The notes beneath the pieces are model-generated. The model saw only the letters and a program-made list of their open reading frames with translations. It made no database searches and was not told the origin of the DNA. From positions 1 through 57,432 of IMG/VR virus record IMGVR_UViG_3300036794_000037: 57,432 bases of DNA, one strand, 5' to 3'. Below, one piece after another: positions 25,606-34,580 of this stretch (position 1 is the first letter of the stretch; each line of letters opens with the position of its first letter). Source of the DNA: a virus (lineage: Duplodnaviria > Caudoviricetes). Both the position numbers and the translations under genes were made by a program.

Positions 25606-25850
25606 TACTCTTCCCCGATCGGTGAGCCCTTGAGCCCGAGAGCCCAGGCACGGGACTTCGCCTCCGCATAGGTGACGTTCTCGGTGTCCAGGTAGAGGCC
25701 CCACTCGTCGAACCGGGTGAAGCAGGCGTGCTCCGGGTCAGCGGGCTGGACCCAGAGACCCCATACCGGCTCCTTGTGAAGATCCGCATGCCCGAGCGGG
25801 AAGATCACGCCCTCCCCGTTCGGGTCCTTGGCGTAGATTGACCAGTCCAT
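25605..25850 (-). CDS. Hypothetical protein
   Basis: GAGGAG SD; MDWSIYAKDPNG. Confidence 0.6.
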   Translation of the reverse strand: MDWSIYAKDPNGEGVIFPLGHADLHKEPVWGLWVQPADPEHACFTRFDEWGLYLDTENVTYAEAKSRAWALGLKGSPIGEE

Positions 25851-25866
25851 TGCTCCTCCTCTGCCC

Positions 25867-25992
25867 CTACCGGGTGCTGAGAACATACTCGATGGCAGCG
25901 AGGTGCTCGCCCGTGGAGCGCTCCGCGTCCTCAAGAAGCTCTTCGGTGTCGAACTCGGCGTAGTAGTCGGTGAGGTCAAGAAGCTCGCTCAT
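25867..25992 (-). CDS. Small acidic protein
   Basis: MSELLDLTDYYAEFD..., first gene after the class I promoter. Confidence 0.5.
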   Translation of the reverse strand: MSELLDLTDYYAEFDTEELLEDAERSTGEHLAAIEYVLSTR

Positions 25993-26015
25993 GGTGTCCC
26001 CCTCGGTTCCTGCTG

Positions 26016-26057
26016 CCTTACGAGACCGAGTTTACACGAGGATCACGGAGGGCGCAA
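26016..26057 (-). promoter_or_regulatory. Class I promoter (TTGCGC-N17-TAAACT)
   Basis: Repeated motif. Confidence 0.8.
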
Positions 26058-27119
26058 CTAGTCCTGGCCGATCGGCTTCCCGAGGTCGGAGCGGGAGAGC
26101 GAGCGGCTTCCCCGGCCGTTCTCGTTCGGGATGCGGAAGATGTTCGTCTTGCTATCGATCGACCGCGTAGCGCCGGGGTAGTCAGCCATGCGGGCATCGA
26201 CGTCCCGCTTGTCACCCCACCAGGCTACGGCCTGGATCTGGTGCGGCCTCAGTGGCTCGGCCTGCTCGCGCATGTCGGGGTAGTCGGCGTTGATCCGGGC
26301 GGTGGCACGGTTCGTCGCCTCTTCGTACATGCTGTAGCGGCCCCGCGCCGAGAGCCCCCGGTCGTCTGAGGTGTCCTGGAGCTGGCCCCTCGCGATGTCG
26401 TGGTGGCGGAAGTCCACCGTCGTCCGCTCGGATGTGGACGGGTTCACGATGTTGTTGTAGAAGGACCCGATCTTGACGACGTTCTTGCCCTCGTGGCGGA
26501 CGTAGTCCCCGACCTCCCCGCGACCGTGCGCGAGATCGACGGCCTTGATGACGTTCACCGTCGGGTGGTTGTTCAGGTCCCCGGGGATGGGGTCGCGGAA
26601 CTTGGTCTCCCCGGCCGCGTGGGCGCGGAGATTCTGCATCGTCGGCCCGTCGGGGTCCATCTGGTAAGCCTGGTGGGCCTGGCGGATGTTCATGCCCCAG
26701 CCGGTCTGCGGGGATAACCGCGCGAGGACACCGGCCGCGCGGTGGATGCCCGGTAACTGCTCGGGGGAGTGCTTGGCGACGTTGAGGTCGGGGTGGACCT
26801 GCTCGTAGCCAGCCGTCTTCGCTCCGAGCGGGGCACGGCGGTACAGCTTGCCGACCGGGCTGTCAGGATCACGGCCCCGGGAGATCGCGTGAGCCGCGCC
26901 GTGCGCGTCATGGGAGTAGAACTTCTCCCCCAAGAGGCTGTTGCTGCGGTCCTGGACGGACGCGACGTAGGAGGACACGATGTTGTCGGCCATGCCGTTG
27001 ACAGCCGACTCGTACTCGGGCGTGCCAGGCTTGTGAATCGGGATCGCCTTCGGGGCCACCTTCGGAGCAGCCTGCGCGGCATCGCCGACAGAGCCCTCTC
27101 CCCATTCTTCGCTAGCCAT
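26058..27119 (-). CDS. Phage protein with HhH-glycosylase-like motifs (DUF7178-like)
   Basis: AGVLARLSPQTGW..N, KIGSFYNNI, TVDFRH, PHQIQAVAW. Confidence 0.6.
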   Translation of the reverse strand: MASEEWGEGSVGDAAQAAPKVAPKAIPIHKPGTPEYESAVNGMADNIVSSYVASVQDRSNSLLGEKFYSHDAHGAAHAISRGRDPDSPVGKLYRRAPLGAKTAGYEQVHPDLNVAKHSPEQLPGIHRAAGVLARLSPQTGWGMNIRQAHQAYQMDPDGPTMQNLRAHAAGETKFRDPIPGDLNNHPTVNVIKAVDLAHGRGEVGDYVRHEGKNVVKIGSFYNNIVNPSTSERTTVDFRHHDIARGQLQDTSDDRGLSARGRYSMYEEATNRATARINADYPDMREQAEPLRPHQIQAVAWWGDKRDVDARMADYPGATRSIDSKTNIFRIPNENGRGSRSLSRSDLGKPIGQD

Positions 27120-27418
27120 TAGTGCATCCCGCCTTGTACTTGATCGGCCCTTCCCCGAGCCCGGGGAGAGGAAATTGAAAGGACGTCCATGATCCCCGGC
27201 TGCTCTCGATCGTAGCCATAGCGGGGAGGCATTTCAGAATTGGTTAGGTTCGCCTCGATGAACGCCTCCGGTGTCTGCGGGGAAGCGCAGAGCAGCGCGA
27301 AGGTCATCTTCTGCTCTTCCGGGCCGGACACGTCAGCATTCTGGTACTGCGCCATGTCGGCCTGCTGCTGCCAGGCCAGCGTCCGGTCGATGAGATCGGG
27401 GGAAATGGGTACGGGCAT
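27119..27418 (-). CDS. Hypothetical protein
   Basis: Coupled ORF in the probable late operon. Confidence 0.6.
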   Translation of the reverse strand: MPVPISPDLIDRTLAWQQQADMAQYQNADVSGPEEQKMTFALLCASPQTPEAFIEANLTNSEMPPRYGYDREQPGIMDVLSISSPRARGRADQVQGGMH

Positions 27419-28227
27419 CAGACCTTCGCCGTCCCCTCGGGGTGCTCCCGGCTTTCCTGCCCGGGGTACATCGCCTTCTGGGCTTCCCGGGTGTCCGGCC
27501 TGTAGCCCTTCTCGGCCTTCGCTATCTGTCGCGGGTCCGGCCCCGTGGACGCGGGCTGACCGGGGAGACTACCGGCCCGTCGCTCAGCACGGTAAGGACC
27601 GGCATCGAAGTTCCATCCCGTGTTGCCCGAAGCCTCGTGATCGTCATAGACGTGATTTGTATGTCCCGGGGCGTACTTAGCCGCGTAGTTCTCGGCGCGG
27701 GCTTCCTTCATAGAGTGCGCGAGCACGCCGGTCTCTGCACCCCGGCCCTGCTCTTCCTGCTCCACATGGTGGCCGAGTTCGTGGGTGAACATCCCGGCGA
27801 AGTCCGCCCGCTGCCGTGCATTCGCGGAGTCGGCCGGACCCTCAGCCAGGTGAATGCTGGAAGCGCGCCGGTTGTAGTAGCCGTAGGTGTCAGCGGCGGT
27901 TGTCTCCGGGCTCCCATAGTGAATGGCATTCAGGCCCTGTAAGTGCTCGGGGGGGATGCTGGTCTGCCCGGAGATGGAGTGGATCATCCTCTGTCGGCGT
28001 ACCGTCTCCCCGATTCCCGTGGACGGGGGAGCCCCGCCTGACTGGATGCTGGTATGCCCGAGCGCGCCGCTGACGTCGATGCGCCGCTGCATGGCGGACT
28101 GCTGCTCCCGCGTGGCATGGACCCTGCCAAACTGCATCTGCTGGATGTTGCGGTTCAGCGGGGCCATGCCCGGCATCTCCTGCGGTGCAGGCGATACTGC
28201 CGTCTGGTTACGCTTGAACCCGAACAT
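27418..28227 (-). CDS. Zincin-like metallopeptidase, paralog A
   Basis: FTHELGHH...EARAENYA; GGAG SD before the ATG at 28227. Confidence 0.7.
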   Translation of the reverse strand: MFGFKRNQTAVSPAPQEMPGMAPLNRNIQQMQFGRVHATREQQSAMQRRIDVSGALGHTSIQSGGAPPSTGIGETVRRQRMIHSISGQTSIPPEHLQGLNAIHYGSPETTAADTYGYYNRRASSIHLAEGPADSANARQRADFAGMFTHELGHHVEQEEQGRGAETGVLAHSMKEARAENYAAKYAPGHTNHVYDDHEASGNTGWNFDAGPYRAERRAGSLPGQPASTGPDPRQIAKAEKGYRPDTREAQKAMYPGQESREHPEGTAKV

Positions 28228-28745
28228 CAGTAGTTCTCTCCGTATTCCGGGAGCTTGCCGAACGTCTGGCCGTGCTTCTCGCTGTCCTGGCCAGCCTTGG
28301 CGGCTTCCTTGTCCTCGTCGGAATAGCCCCATTGTGAGACCGGCTCCCCCCAGAGATTCGTGTGGTCCGGCCCGAGGTACTTCGAGTAGATGTCGCGCCT
28401 GCGCTGACTTGCGTACTCCGCGACGGGCTTCATCCGCTCCTTGTGGTCCGTGTACGCCTGACTGAATGACTCGCTCCAGCCGGGTGCTTCTTTGTGATAG
28501 TGGAATCCCCCGGGGTCTCGCTCGTTCCAGTAAGCATCTGCCTGCTCATCCGCCGCAGCGTGTGCCTTGTTCACCTCTGCAAACGACAGATCGTGCTGAT
28601 TCTTATGCCAGGCTTCCAGATCGCCCAGATCCTTGTAGAGCTGCTTGTTCGCAGGCTTAGACCCGGGGGCGGCTTCCCCGCCCCACCAGTGGGCCTTAAC
28701 GCCAGTACCCCAGCGGCGGGCATTGTGCTCGTGATTAACATCCAC
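28227..28745 (-). CDS. Hypothetical protein
   Basis: ORF with lower GC3 than its neighbours. Confidence 0.6.
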   Translation of the reverse strand: MDVNHEHNARRWGTGVKAHWWGGEAAPGSKPANKQLYKDLGDLEAWHKNQHDLSFAEVNKAHAAADEQADAYWNERDPGGFHYHKEAPGWSESFSQAYTDHKERMKPVAEYASQRRRDIYSKYLGPDHTNLWGEPVSQWGYSDEDKEAAKAGQDSEKHGQTFGKLPEYGENY

Positions 28746-28748
28746 CGT

Positions 28749-29324
28749 TTACCAGCTTGTCTGCGGGAGCATGCCCGCGATTATCTGCGCGCGGGCGGGA
28801 TCGACGGAGTCGGTCCCCTGTCCAGTATGGGCGTTCACGCCGTACCGACTGTAAAGGGCCATCATCTCCCGCTCGGAGGCAATGCCAGCGGAGAACTTGT
28901 CCACCGGGTTGCCGGGCGGGGAGAACCGCTTGACCAGGATGGTTCCCTCGGGACTCATTTTCCCGCGAGCCTGGTTCTTGAGGCCGCTATCGGGGTTGAA
29001 GTCGCTGGGCCACATATAGGCGTTGGCGGGCATCTTGACATCCTTGTGGACGCCCCGCTGATAGGACCGGTCGGATAGCCGCGTTACGAGCTGGGCGTCG
29101 ATGTCCTTCTTCCCGCTGTAGCGGTTCTGGACCGAGCCGAGATAGCCATCAGGCCATTGAGCCTCTGGTGTCTGCCCGACACCCATTCGAAGTCGATCAA
29201 GCCGAGTACCGGATTGAACTGCCATGGGATCTCCGCCAGCCCCATAAACGTTGGACCCAACGTTCCCGGCAGCCAGCCCGCCCGTATTCACGGACCAGTT
29301 GCTGTTGTTCGCGGTCAGTGCCAT
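28749..29324 (-). CDS. Hypothetical protein, probably virion
   Basis: PEAQWPDGYLG...RSYQRGVHK motif; Gly/Asn-rich. Confidence 0.7.
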   Translation of the reverse strand: MALTANNSNWSVNTGGLAAGNVGSNVYGAGGDPMAVQSGTRLDRLRMGVGQTPEAQWPDGYLGSVQNRYSGKKDIDAQLVTRLSDRSYQRGVHKDVKMPANAYMWPSDFNPDSGLKNQARGKMSPEGTILVKRFSPPGNPVDKFSAGIASEREMMALYSRYGVNAHTGQGTDSVDPARAQIIAGMLPQTSW

Positions 29325-30005
29325 TTACTTCCCCCGCATCCGGTCGTTGAACTTCGAGGCGGCCGGGATGTAATCCGGGGCTGTCCCGAACATCTCGTCG
29401 TCGGACGCTACCTCGCCCGGCATCTTCCCCGCGCCACGGTACGAGCGATAATCCTGGACACCCGGCGCTCCGCCCAGGTACTGCTGGGTTGAGTAGTTCG
29501 ACATATAGACGTGCTGGTCGTATACGGAGTCCCGGGGTGAATTCGTGTACCTGTCCGCGTAGTTCTCCGCCACGGCCTCGTTAAGTCCGGGCCTTGCCCA
29601 CTCGAACTGCACAGGGTTCAGCATGTTGTGCTGGTGATGCCCCATCTCATGCGTCAGCGTGCCTAGCGTGTCCAGCCGCGAGGCTAACCGTGTCTTCGGG
29701 GTCGCCCTCAGACCGGCGCTGCTCATGCTGCCCTGGAGGTGTATCTCACGGGCGTACGGGTCATAGTGACCGGCGTTCGAGACACTCACGTCTTCTGAAT
29801 CGGCAGCGATCTTGGATAGGCCAGCCAGATGCTCGGCAGGAATGCTCGTATTCCTCGCGACCTGATAGGACATACGATGACGCTCGGCCGGATCGCTCTC
29901 GGGCGAGAACTCCGCGCGCTCGTCGTCGTAACCCGGACGCGTCACCTCTGGCATGGCGGCCTTGATCGCGTCGCGGCGTTCCCGCCACTTCGGAGGAACG
30001 GTCAT
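29325..30005 (-). CDS. Zincin-like metallopeptidase, paralog B
   Basis: LTHEMGHH...EAVAENYA. Confidence 0.7.
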   Translation of the reverse strand: MTVPPKWRERRDAIKAAMPEVTRPGYDDERAEFSPESDPAERHRMSYQVARNTSIPAEHLAGLSKIAADSEDVSVSNAGHYDPYAREIHLQGSMSSAGLRATPKTRLASRLDTLGTLTHEMGHHQHNMLNPVQFEWARPGLNEAVAENYADRYTNSPRDSVYDQHVYMSNYSTQQYLGGAPGVQDYRSYRGAGKMPGEVASDDEMFGTAPDYIPAASKFNDRMRGK

Positions 30006-30013
30006 GGCCCCTC

Positions 30014-30439
30014 CTAGTCGTCGCCGGGGGGCTCAGAGAAGGTCAGGTTGTGCTGGTCCTGGACCCGGTTCCGGATCGTCTGGGCGAACGGGTCGTTCCC
30101 GGCCGTGCTGGCCGCGTCGTTGAAGTGGTCGCTGCGCGACTCTCCCCCGGTGTAGGGGCGGTCAGGGGCGGTCGTGTTGTAGAGCGTCGGCAGGCCCCAG
30201 ATACTGGCCTTGCGCGGGGCATGGGTCATGAAGCCGCCGCCCGTAGGCGCGGTGTCCGTGCCCCCGGTAGAGCCGACAGTGTTCATGCCCCAGGACGTCT
30301 TGTTCCCGATGCTCTTGGGCTGCGGCTGGACGCTGTGACGCAGCTTGCTGTCCTGCGGTACGCCTCCGCTGCGGGGCGGCGCGTCCGGGCCGGACAGGGG
30401 CACCATGTTGGACCCGCCCCACCACTTGCGGTTCTTCAT
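30014..30439 (-). CDS. Low-complexity hypothetical protein
   Basis: High-GC3 ORF. Confidence 0.6.
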   Translation of the reverse strand: MKNRKWWGGSNMVPLSGPDAPPRSGGVPQDSKLRHSVQPQPKSIGNKTSWGMNTVGSTGGTDTAPTGGGFMTHAPRKASIWGLPTLYNTTAPDRPYTGGESRSDHFNDAASTAGNDPFAQTIRNRVQDQHNLTFSEPPGDD

Positions 30440-30720
30440 CGCGGCATCACCATGCTTACCCCGCGCTCGCGGGCGGGCTCGTTGTAGGTAGAGAACCGCC
30501 CCGAGTACGCGTCGTAGTCACGGGTTCCGGGGAGCGGACGAGTGGTCGGCGAATAGCGGAGCAGCCGGTTGCACGACGGGTCGCTGCACCTGGTGGACTC
30601 CGCGTAGTCGTCCCGCCGGGCATTCGCCGGAGGGTGCCGGTACACGCTGACGCCCTGGCCCCCGCAGCCGGGGCAGTTCGCCATCGACTGCGTGTCACGG
30701 ATGAAGTTGCGCTGCCCCAT
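30436..30720 (-). CDS. Zinc-ribbon protein
   Basis: CPGCGG...CSDPSC. Confidence 0.6.
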   Translation of the reverse strand: MGQRNFIRDTQSMANCPGCGGQGVSVYRHPPANARRDDYAESTRCSDPSCNRLLRYSPTTRPLPGTRDYDAYSGRFSTYNEPARERGVSMVMPR

Positions 30721-30722
30721 GA

Positions 30723-31046
30723 CTAGCCCCGCTGGTCCCAGAACGAGCTGGTGCCGGTGCGCGGGGCGAGGAGCTTGACGTTCCGCCCGGTCTGCTCGTG
30801 CCCGGCAGCGTTCGGGTAGTACAGCGTGGTAATAGGCTTGCAGCAGGGGCCGAGCACCTCGGCGTTGACCAGGGTGGCGGGCTGCGCAGCTCCAGCCGGG
30901 GCGGTCGGGCCGTCGATGCCGACACCGGACGGCACGCCGCCAACCGGAACGGCCTTCGTATACGGCGACCTAGCCCCGCTGATATTCACGACTGCGCCCA
31001 TTCCGGACGGCCCCATGGGCTCGAAGGAGGTCTTAATCTGGTCCAT
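30723..31046 (-). CDS. Hypothetical protein
   Basis: MDQIKTSFEPMG...; Pro/Gly-rich. Confidence 0.6.
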   Translation of the reverse strand: MDQIKTSFEPMGPSGMGAVVNISGARSPYTKAVPVGGVPSGVGIDGPTAPAGAAQPATLVNAEVLGPCCKPITTLYYPNAAGHEQTGRNVKLLAPRTGTSSFWDQRG

Positions 31047-31050
31047 GGAT

Positions 31051-31263
31051 CTAGCCCTTCCGGACGGTGTGCTGGTTGGAGCCGGTGGATGCGTCCTGGA
31101 CGGTCCAGCCGGAGACAAGGACGGGCGTCCCGTGGGAGCCCTGGCTCGTGAACAGGCTGGCGGTGTGGCCAGGGTTCACCTGAGTGGTGCGGACGGACAT
31201 GCCCGAGTTCGTGACTACGCCGGACTGGGGGGTGCCGTCGGGTGTGGTGAATACCGCAGTCAT
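31051..31263 (-). CDS. Hypothetical protein
   Basis: Coupled ORF. Confidence 0.55.
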   Translation of the reverse strand: MTAVFTTPDGTPQSGVVTNSGMSVRTTQVNPGHTASLFTSQGSHGTPVLVSGWTVQDASTGSNQHTVRKG

Positions 31264-31544
31264 CAGTGCCGCCCCATGTTGTACTTCATCACGTCGTAGT
31301 TATTCTTGGCCAGACCGTTCATGGTCGGGAAAGCACCGCCCAAGGTGTCCTGGTACTGGTGGGCGCTCATGCCGTTCATCGAGCCGGACGCCCGGTAGGC
31401 ATGCGGAACCTGCGCGTTATACCGCGCGGCTTCCTGAGCCAGGCCATTGCCGTACATCGCCTGGCCGCCGATCATTCCACCGCCGAACGCGCTATTGCGG
31501 TTCTCGAAGGGCGGTGCGCCCCCGAAATCTTCTTCGTCGTTCAT
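31263..31544 (-). CDS. Gly-rich hypothetical protein
   Basis: GAGGTG SD. Confidence 0.6.
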   Translation of the reverse strand: MNDEEDFGGAPPFENRNSAFGGGMIGGQAMYGNGLAQEAARYNAQVPHAYRASGSMNGMSAHQYQDTLGGAFPTMNGLAKNNYDVMKYNMGRH

Positions 31545-31578
31545 TCGTCACCTCTATCCCCAGAATACGGGGGAAGGG

Positions 31579-31968
31579 CTACTTCTTAGGAGCGCGCTTC
31601 CTCTTCTTCTTCGGGACGGTCGGGTCGAGGATAATGCCGAACGCTGGAGGATCGTTCAGGTATTCCCCCGCGCGGATCAATAGGTCCCCATCGCGGTGGC
31701 GTCCGACAGTCCGATGGTTATGGTAGGCGCACAATATCCCGCGAACTCTCCTGGATGCATGGTCGTGATCAATCACCCACTTCTCGTCGTCCAGGAATTC
31801 TCCCCCGACGGGGCATATCCAGCCGCCCTGGGCCGCGATGATCTGGCCGACCTCTTCGAGACCGATGCCGTATGTTCTCTTGATGCGTAAGTCGCGGGCA
31901 TGATGCGGAGGGCAGAGGCCATCCTTCCCGACCGCGCCCTCCTCGTGGCACCACCAGCAGGTCACCAC
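31579..31968 (-). CDS. Endonuclease VII domain protein
   Basis: KRTYGI...QGGWICP...IDHDHASRRVRGILC. Confidence 0.85.
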   Translation of the reverse strand: MVTCWWCHEEGAVGKDGLCPPHHARDLRIKRTYGIGLEEVGQIIAAQGGWICPVGGEFLDDEKWVIDHDHASRRVRGILCAYHNHRTVGRHRDGDLLIRAGEYLNDPPAFGIILDPTVPKKKRKRAPKK

Positions 31969-32342
31969 AGGCTGATCAGCTCAGTCTGGTGCGTGCCGTC
32001 CTGCTCCTGGACCAGGAAGGCGTCGTGTCCGGACAGCATGGCGTAGTAGAACTCGGCGAGGCAGCCGGTGGACCGGGTCCAGCCCTCGGTCAGCGCGATG
32101 GCGTCGCAGTCCTTCAGCCCGAACTCGATGTCCTTGCGGATGTACTCGCCGTGGGAGAACGTCGGGTTGACGTGGGACTTCCCGTCCTCGGACAGCGGGA
32201 TCTCATGCGGGACCACGAACTCGTAGTCCGGGTAGGCGTCGCGTAACTCGGAGGCGAGCCTCTCCCCCCGGGACAGTGACAGGTCGGGTGACCCAGACAT
32301 GGCATAGCTGACGTACACGCGCATCGCGTAGTCCATTACCAC
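31962..32342 (-). CDS. Nucleoside 2-deoxyribosyltransferase-like (DUF4406) protein
   Basis: RVYVSYAMSG...CDAIALTEGWTRSTGCLAE. Confidence 0.75.
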   Translation of the reverse strand: MVMDYAMRVYVSYAMSGSPDLSLSRGERLASELRDAYPDYEFVVPHEIPLSEDGKSHVNPTFSHGEYIRKDIEFGLKDCDAIALTEGWTRSTGCLAEFYYAMLSGHDAFLVQEQDGTHQTELISLW

Positions 32343-32833
32343 AGCCCTAGCTGATCGTGCCGCTCGTGCTGTGCCCGCTTCTGGACCAGCAGCTCGTGGA
32401 GGTAGCCGTCCGTGTTGAAGCGGATCGCGCAGAGGACCGTCTCGATGTCCTGCTCGGTCGCCTCGTCGGCGAAGCCCTCCAGGTGCAGCCGGAGATCCGT
32501 GACATGCCGGGAGAGGGAGTCGGCGAGCACTTCAAGGCCGAAGCCATTCTTCCAGTTGTCCCCCGCGCGGGTCTTCCCGTCGGTCTGGACCTGCTTGCCC
32601 AGCATGTACTCCCCGTATCGCTTGTCCGCCAGCGCGGAGCCATAGCGCCACGGGACCGGCTTGCCGTCGGCCGTGTCGCGCGTCGCCCCGCCCGGGAACG
32701 TGCGCAGCGTGCCGTCGTCCTGGACGTACTTGTCCACGAGCTTCTCCCGTAAGGCGGCCAGGGCCTCTTCGTTCTGGCGCTGGCTGTCATCCGTGTAGAT
32801 GCAGCTCCCTGTCCAGTAGGCGTCGTCAGCCAT
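32336..32833 (-). CDS. dATP/dGTP diphosphohydrolase-like (DUF5664) protein
   Basis: RTFPGGATRD..GK, DNWKNG, SLSRH. Confidence 0.7.
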   Translation of the reverse strand: MADDAYWTGSCIYTDDSQRQNEEALAALREKLVDKYVQDDGTLRTFPGGATRDTADGKPVPWRYGSALADKRYGEYMLGKQVQTDGKTRAGDNWKNGFGLEVLADSLSRHVTDLRLHLEGFADEATEQDIETVLCAIRFNTDGYLHELLVQKRAQHERHDQLGLW

Positions 32834-33318
32834 TAGTCCTCCTCCGCCCGGTTCCCCCGGGTCTCCTGTGCTCCCCGGCCGGTTCGCCGGGTGATCTCAC
32901 GGGACAGGAGCTTGAAGTCCCTGTCGGTGATGTCGTAGAGCGCCTTGATCATCGTGAAGTAGTTCTTCGCTTCGACGCGGGCGTCCTCAAGCTCTTCGAG
33001 GTCTTCCTTACGCGTCTTCGCCCGCGCTACGGCCCTTGCGGCGGACGACTCGTCGGCCGTTGCCGCTGCTACCTGAACCGTCAGGTACCTGGTCCACCTC
33101 GACAGGCTGGTGAACAGCTTCATCAGCTCTCGGTCGGCCAGCCCCGTCACGTCGGCGGGCAGCTCGGGGGGCATCCCCGTCGGTCGGCGAGCCCACGCGT
33201 TCAGTTCTATCCCCCGGGCGCTGAGCTTCTGCGCGACGTCGGACGACCCGCTTCCGAGGTACAGCCCCTCCGGGCTCTCCTCCTGCGGTAACTCCTCCCG
33301 GACTCTCCGGCTTGGCAT
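32833..33318 (-). CDS. Helical hypothetical protein, possibly a recombination mediator
   Basis: GAGGAG SD before the ATG at 33318; ends LLSREITRR; TTA at codon 10. Confidence 0.7.
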   Translation of the reverse strand: MPSRRVREELPQEESPEGLYLGSGSSDVAQKLSARGIELNAWARRPTGMPPELPADVTGLADRELMKLFTSLSRWTRYLTVQVAAATADESSAARAVARAKTRKEDLEELEDARVEAKNYFTMIKALYDITDRDFKLLSREITRRTGRGAQETRGNRAEED

Positions 33319-34216
33319 TGAACTCCTCGTTGTACGGGCGGCAACTGCTGCAATCGACGCCATCTCCCCGCTGATTGCACTCGGGGGGAACGCCCTGCTC
33401 AAGAGCGTATTCGACGACCCTTATGCCCGTCAGAATTGGCTCCATGATCCGGTCGCTCAGCGGGACGGAGAACTCCTTGGTGGAGCTGTTGTGCTTCAAC
33501 TCGTACAGGAACCGGACGCGGGTGAACGGGAGGCCCATCTGCTTGGCCAGCCAGAGATAGACGTTGGCCTGGCGGACATGGGTCGGGAAGGGCCGGGTCA
33601 GGCTCTTCCAGAGGGAGTCGATGTCGTAGATCTTCCCGCCGCCGACCACCTCCTTGTAGTGCTCGGCCAGGAGCTTCGGGGCGTCATGGCGGACGGTCCC
33701 GGTGCCGATCGTCTTGACCTCCACGAGGTAGTCGTCCATCGCGCCGTCCTCATGCCCGGCGACGAGTCCATGATGGAGGCTGACCTCGCGATACTCCCAG
33801 ATATGCCCTCCTGAACGGGTGCAGCCATCGGCGAACTCGGTCGGAGGCTCCAGCATTCCCTTCGCGACCCATGCGCACGATGTGCAGCGCCAGTCGCCCC
33901 AGAGCTTCCCGGTTTGTCGCATCCTCCGCTGCCACTTAGTGTGGGCTTCGTTCCCCGTTGCGAATATGCGCTGCATCTGGGCGCTGAACTTCTCGTCCTT
34001 GACGTACCGGTTGTTCTTGATCCGGAGATAGCTGGCCCGGTAGCACCAGTCTTTCTTGGCCATCTCTGAGGGGTGTAAGACGTCCGCCCGGCGGTCGCTC
34101 TCGGCCTCGAACTCCGCCAGCTCTGCCTTCTCCAGCTCGCCGAGGAGCACGTTCTTCGATTTCCTGATCCGGGCCATCTCCGCCATGACGCCGACCGGCT
34201 TGCTAGTCATCGTCAT
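33008..34216 (-). CDS. Cas4-like / PD-(D/E)XK exonuclease
   Basis: LHPSE..C.R, GNEAH, GHEDG, LVEVKT, QANVY, C-terminal C...CSSC. Confidence 0.85.
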   Translation of the reverse strand: MTMTSKPVGVMAEMARIRKSKNVLLGELEKAELAEFEAESDRRADVLHPSEMAKKDWCYRASYLRIKNNRYVKDEKFSAQMQRIFATGNEAHTKWQRRMRQTGKLWGDWRCTSCAWVAKGMLEPPTEFADGCTRSGGHIWEYREVSLHHGLVAGHEDGAMDDYLVEVKTIGTGTVRHDAPKLLAEHYKEVVGGGKIYDIDSLWKSLTRPFPTHVRQANVYLWLAKQMGLPFTRVRFLYELKHNSSTKEFSVPLSDRIMEPILTGIRVVEYALEQGVPPECNQRGDGVDCSSCRPYNEEFNAKPESPGGVTAGGEPGGAVPRKRVVRRRAEAQRPGDRTERVGSPTDGDAPRAARRRDGAGRPRADEAVHQPVEVDQVPDGSGSSGNGRRVVRRKGRSAGEDA

Positions 34217-34580
34217 CCTCCTCCAGCTCTTCCGGTGCGAACCAGGAGCTAGGGATTCCAGGTTCGAATAACTTCCACTCGGGGCGGGGAATGCGGCCCC
34301 GGCGGAGCGGCCATTTCTTCCGGATCGCCTTGCGGTCCTCTACTCCGTGTCCGCCCCATACGCCGTCGCGCTCGTTATTCAGGAGCGCGAAGATCAGGCA
34401 GTTCGATAACTGGGGGCACGGAGTGCTGTCGTCAGTGCCACGGCAGAACGCGACCGCCTCGGCCTCCTCACCCTCGAAGAACGGGTCGTCCCAGCCCTCC
34501 TTGCCGTAGGGGCCGCTGACTGCCCCGGAACACTTCTCGGTGCCATTCCACGGAGCTTCCTGGCGCGGGACGGCTACCAC
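34203..34580 (-). CDS. whiB: WhiB family transcription factor (second copy)
   Basis: C...PFF...AVAFC...CPQLSNC...GVWGG. Confidence 0.85.
   Translation of the reverse strand: MVAVPRQEAPWNGTEKCSGAVSGPYGKEGWDDPFFEGEEAEAVAFCRGTDDSTPCPQLSNCLIFALLNNERDGVWGGHGVEDRKAIRKKWPLRRGRIPRPEWKLFEPGIPSSWFAPEELEEDDDD

Noticed and set aside
6772-31578. Late promoter motif (AT-rich followed by GGGAGA/GGGGA) upstream of the lysin and virion genes
   Set aside because: Too degenerate to define by eye; needs a motif search
33008-34216. CRISPR-Cas system suggested by the Cas4-like gene
   Set aside because: No repeat-spacer array or other cas genes; stand-alone Cas4-like nucleases are common in phage replication modules
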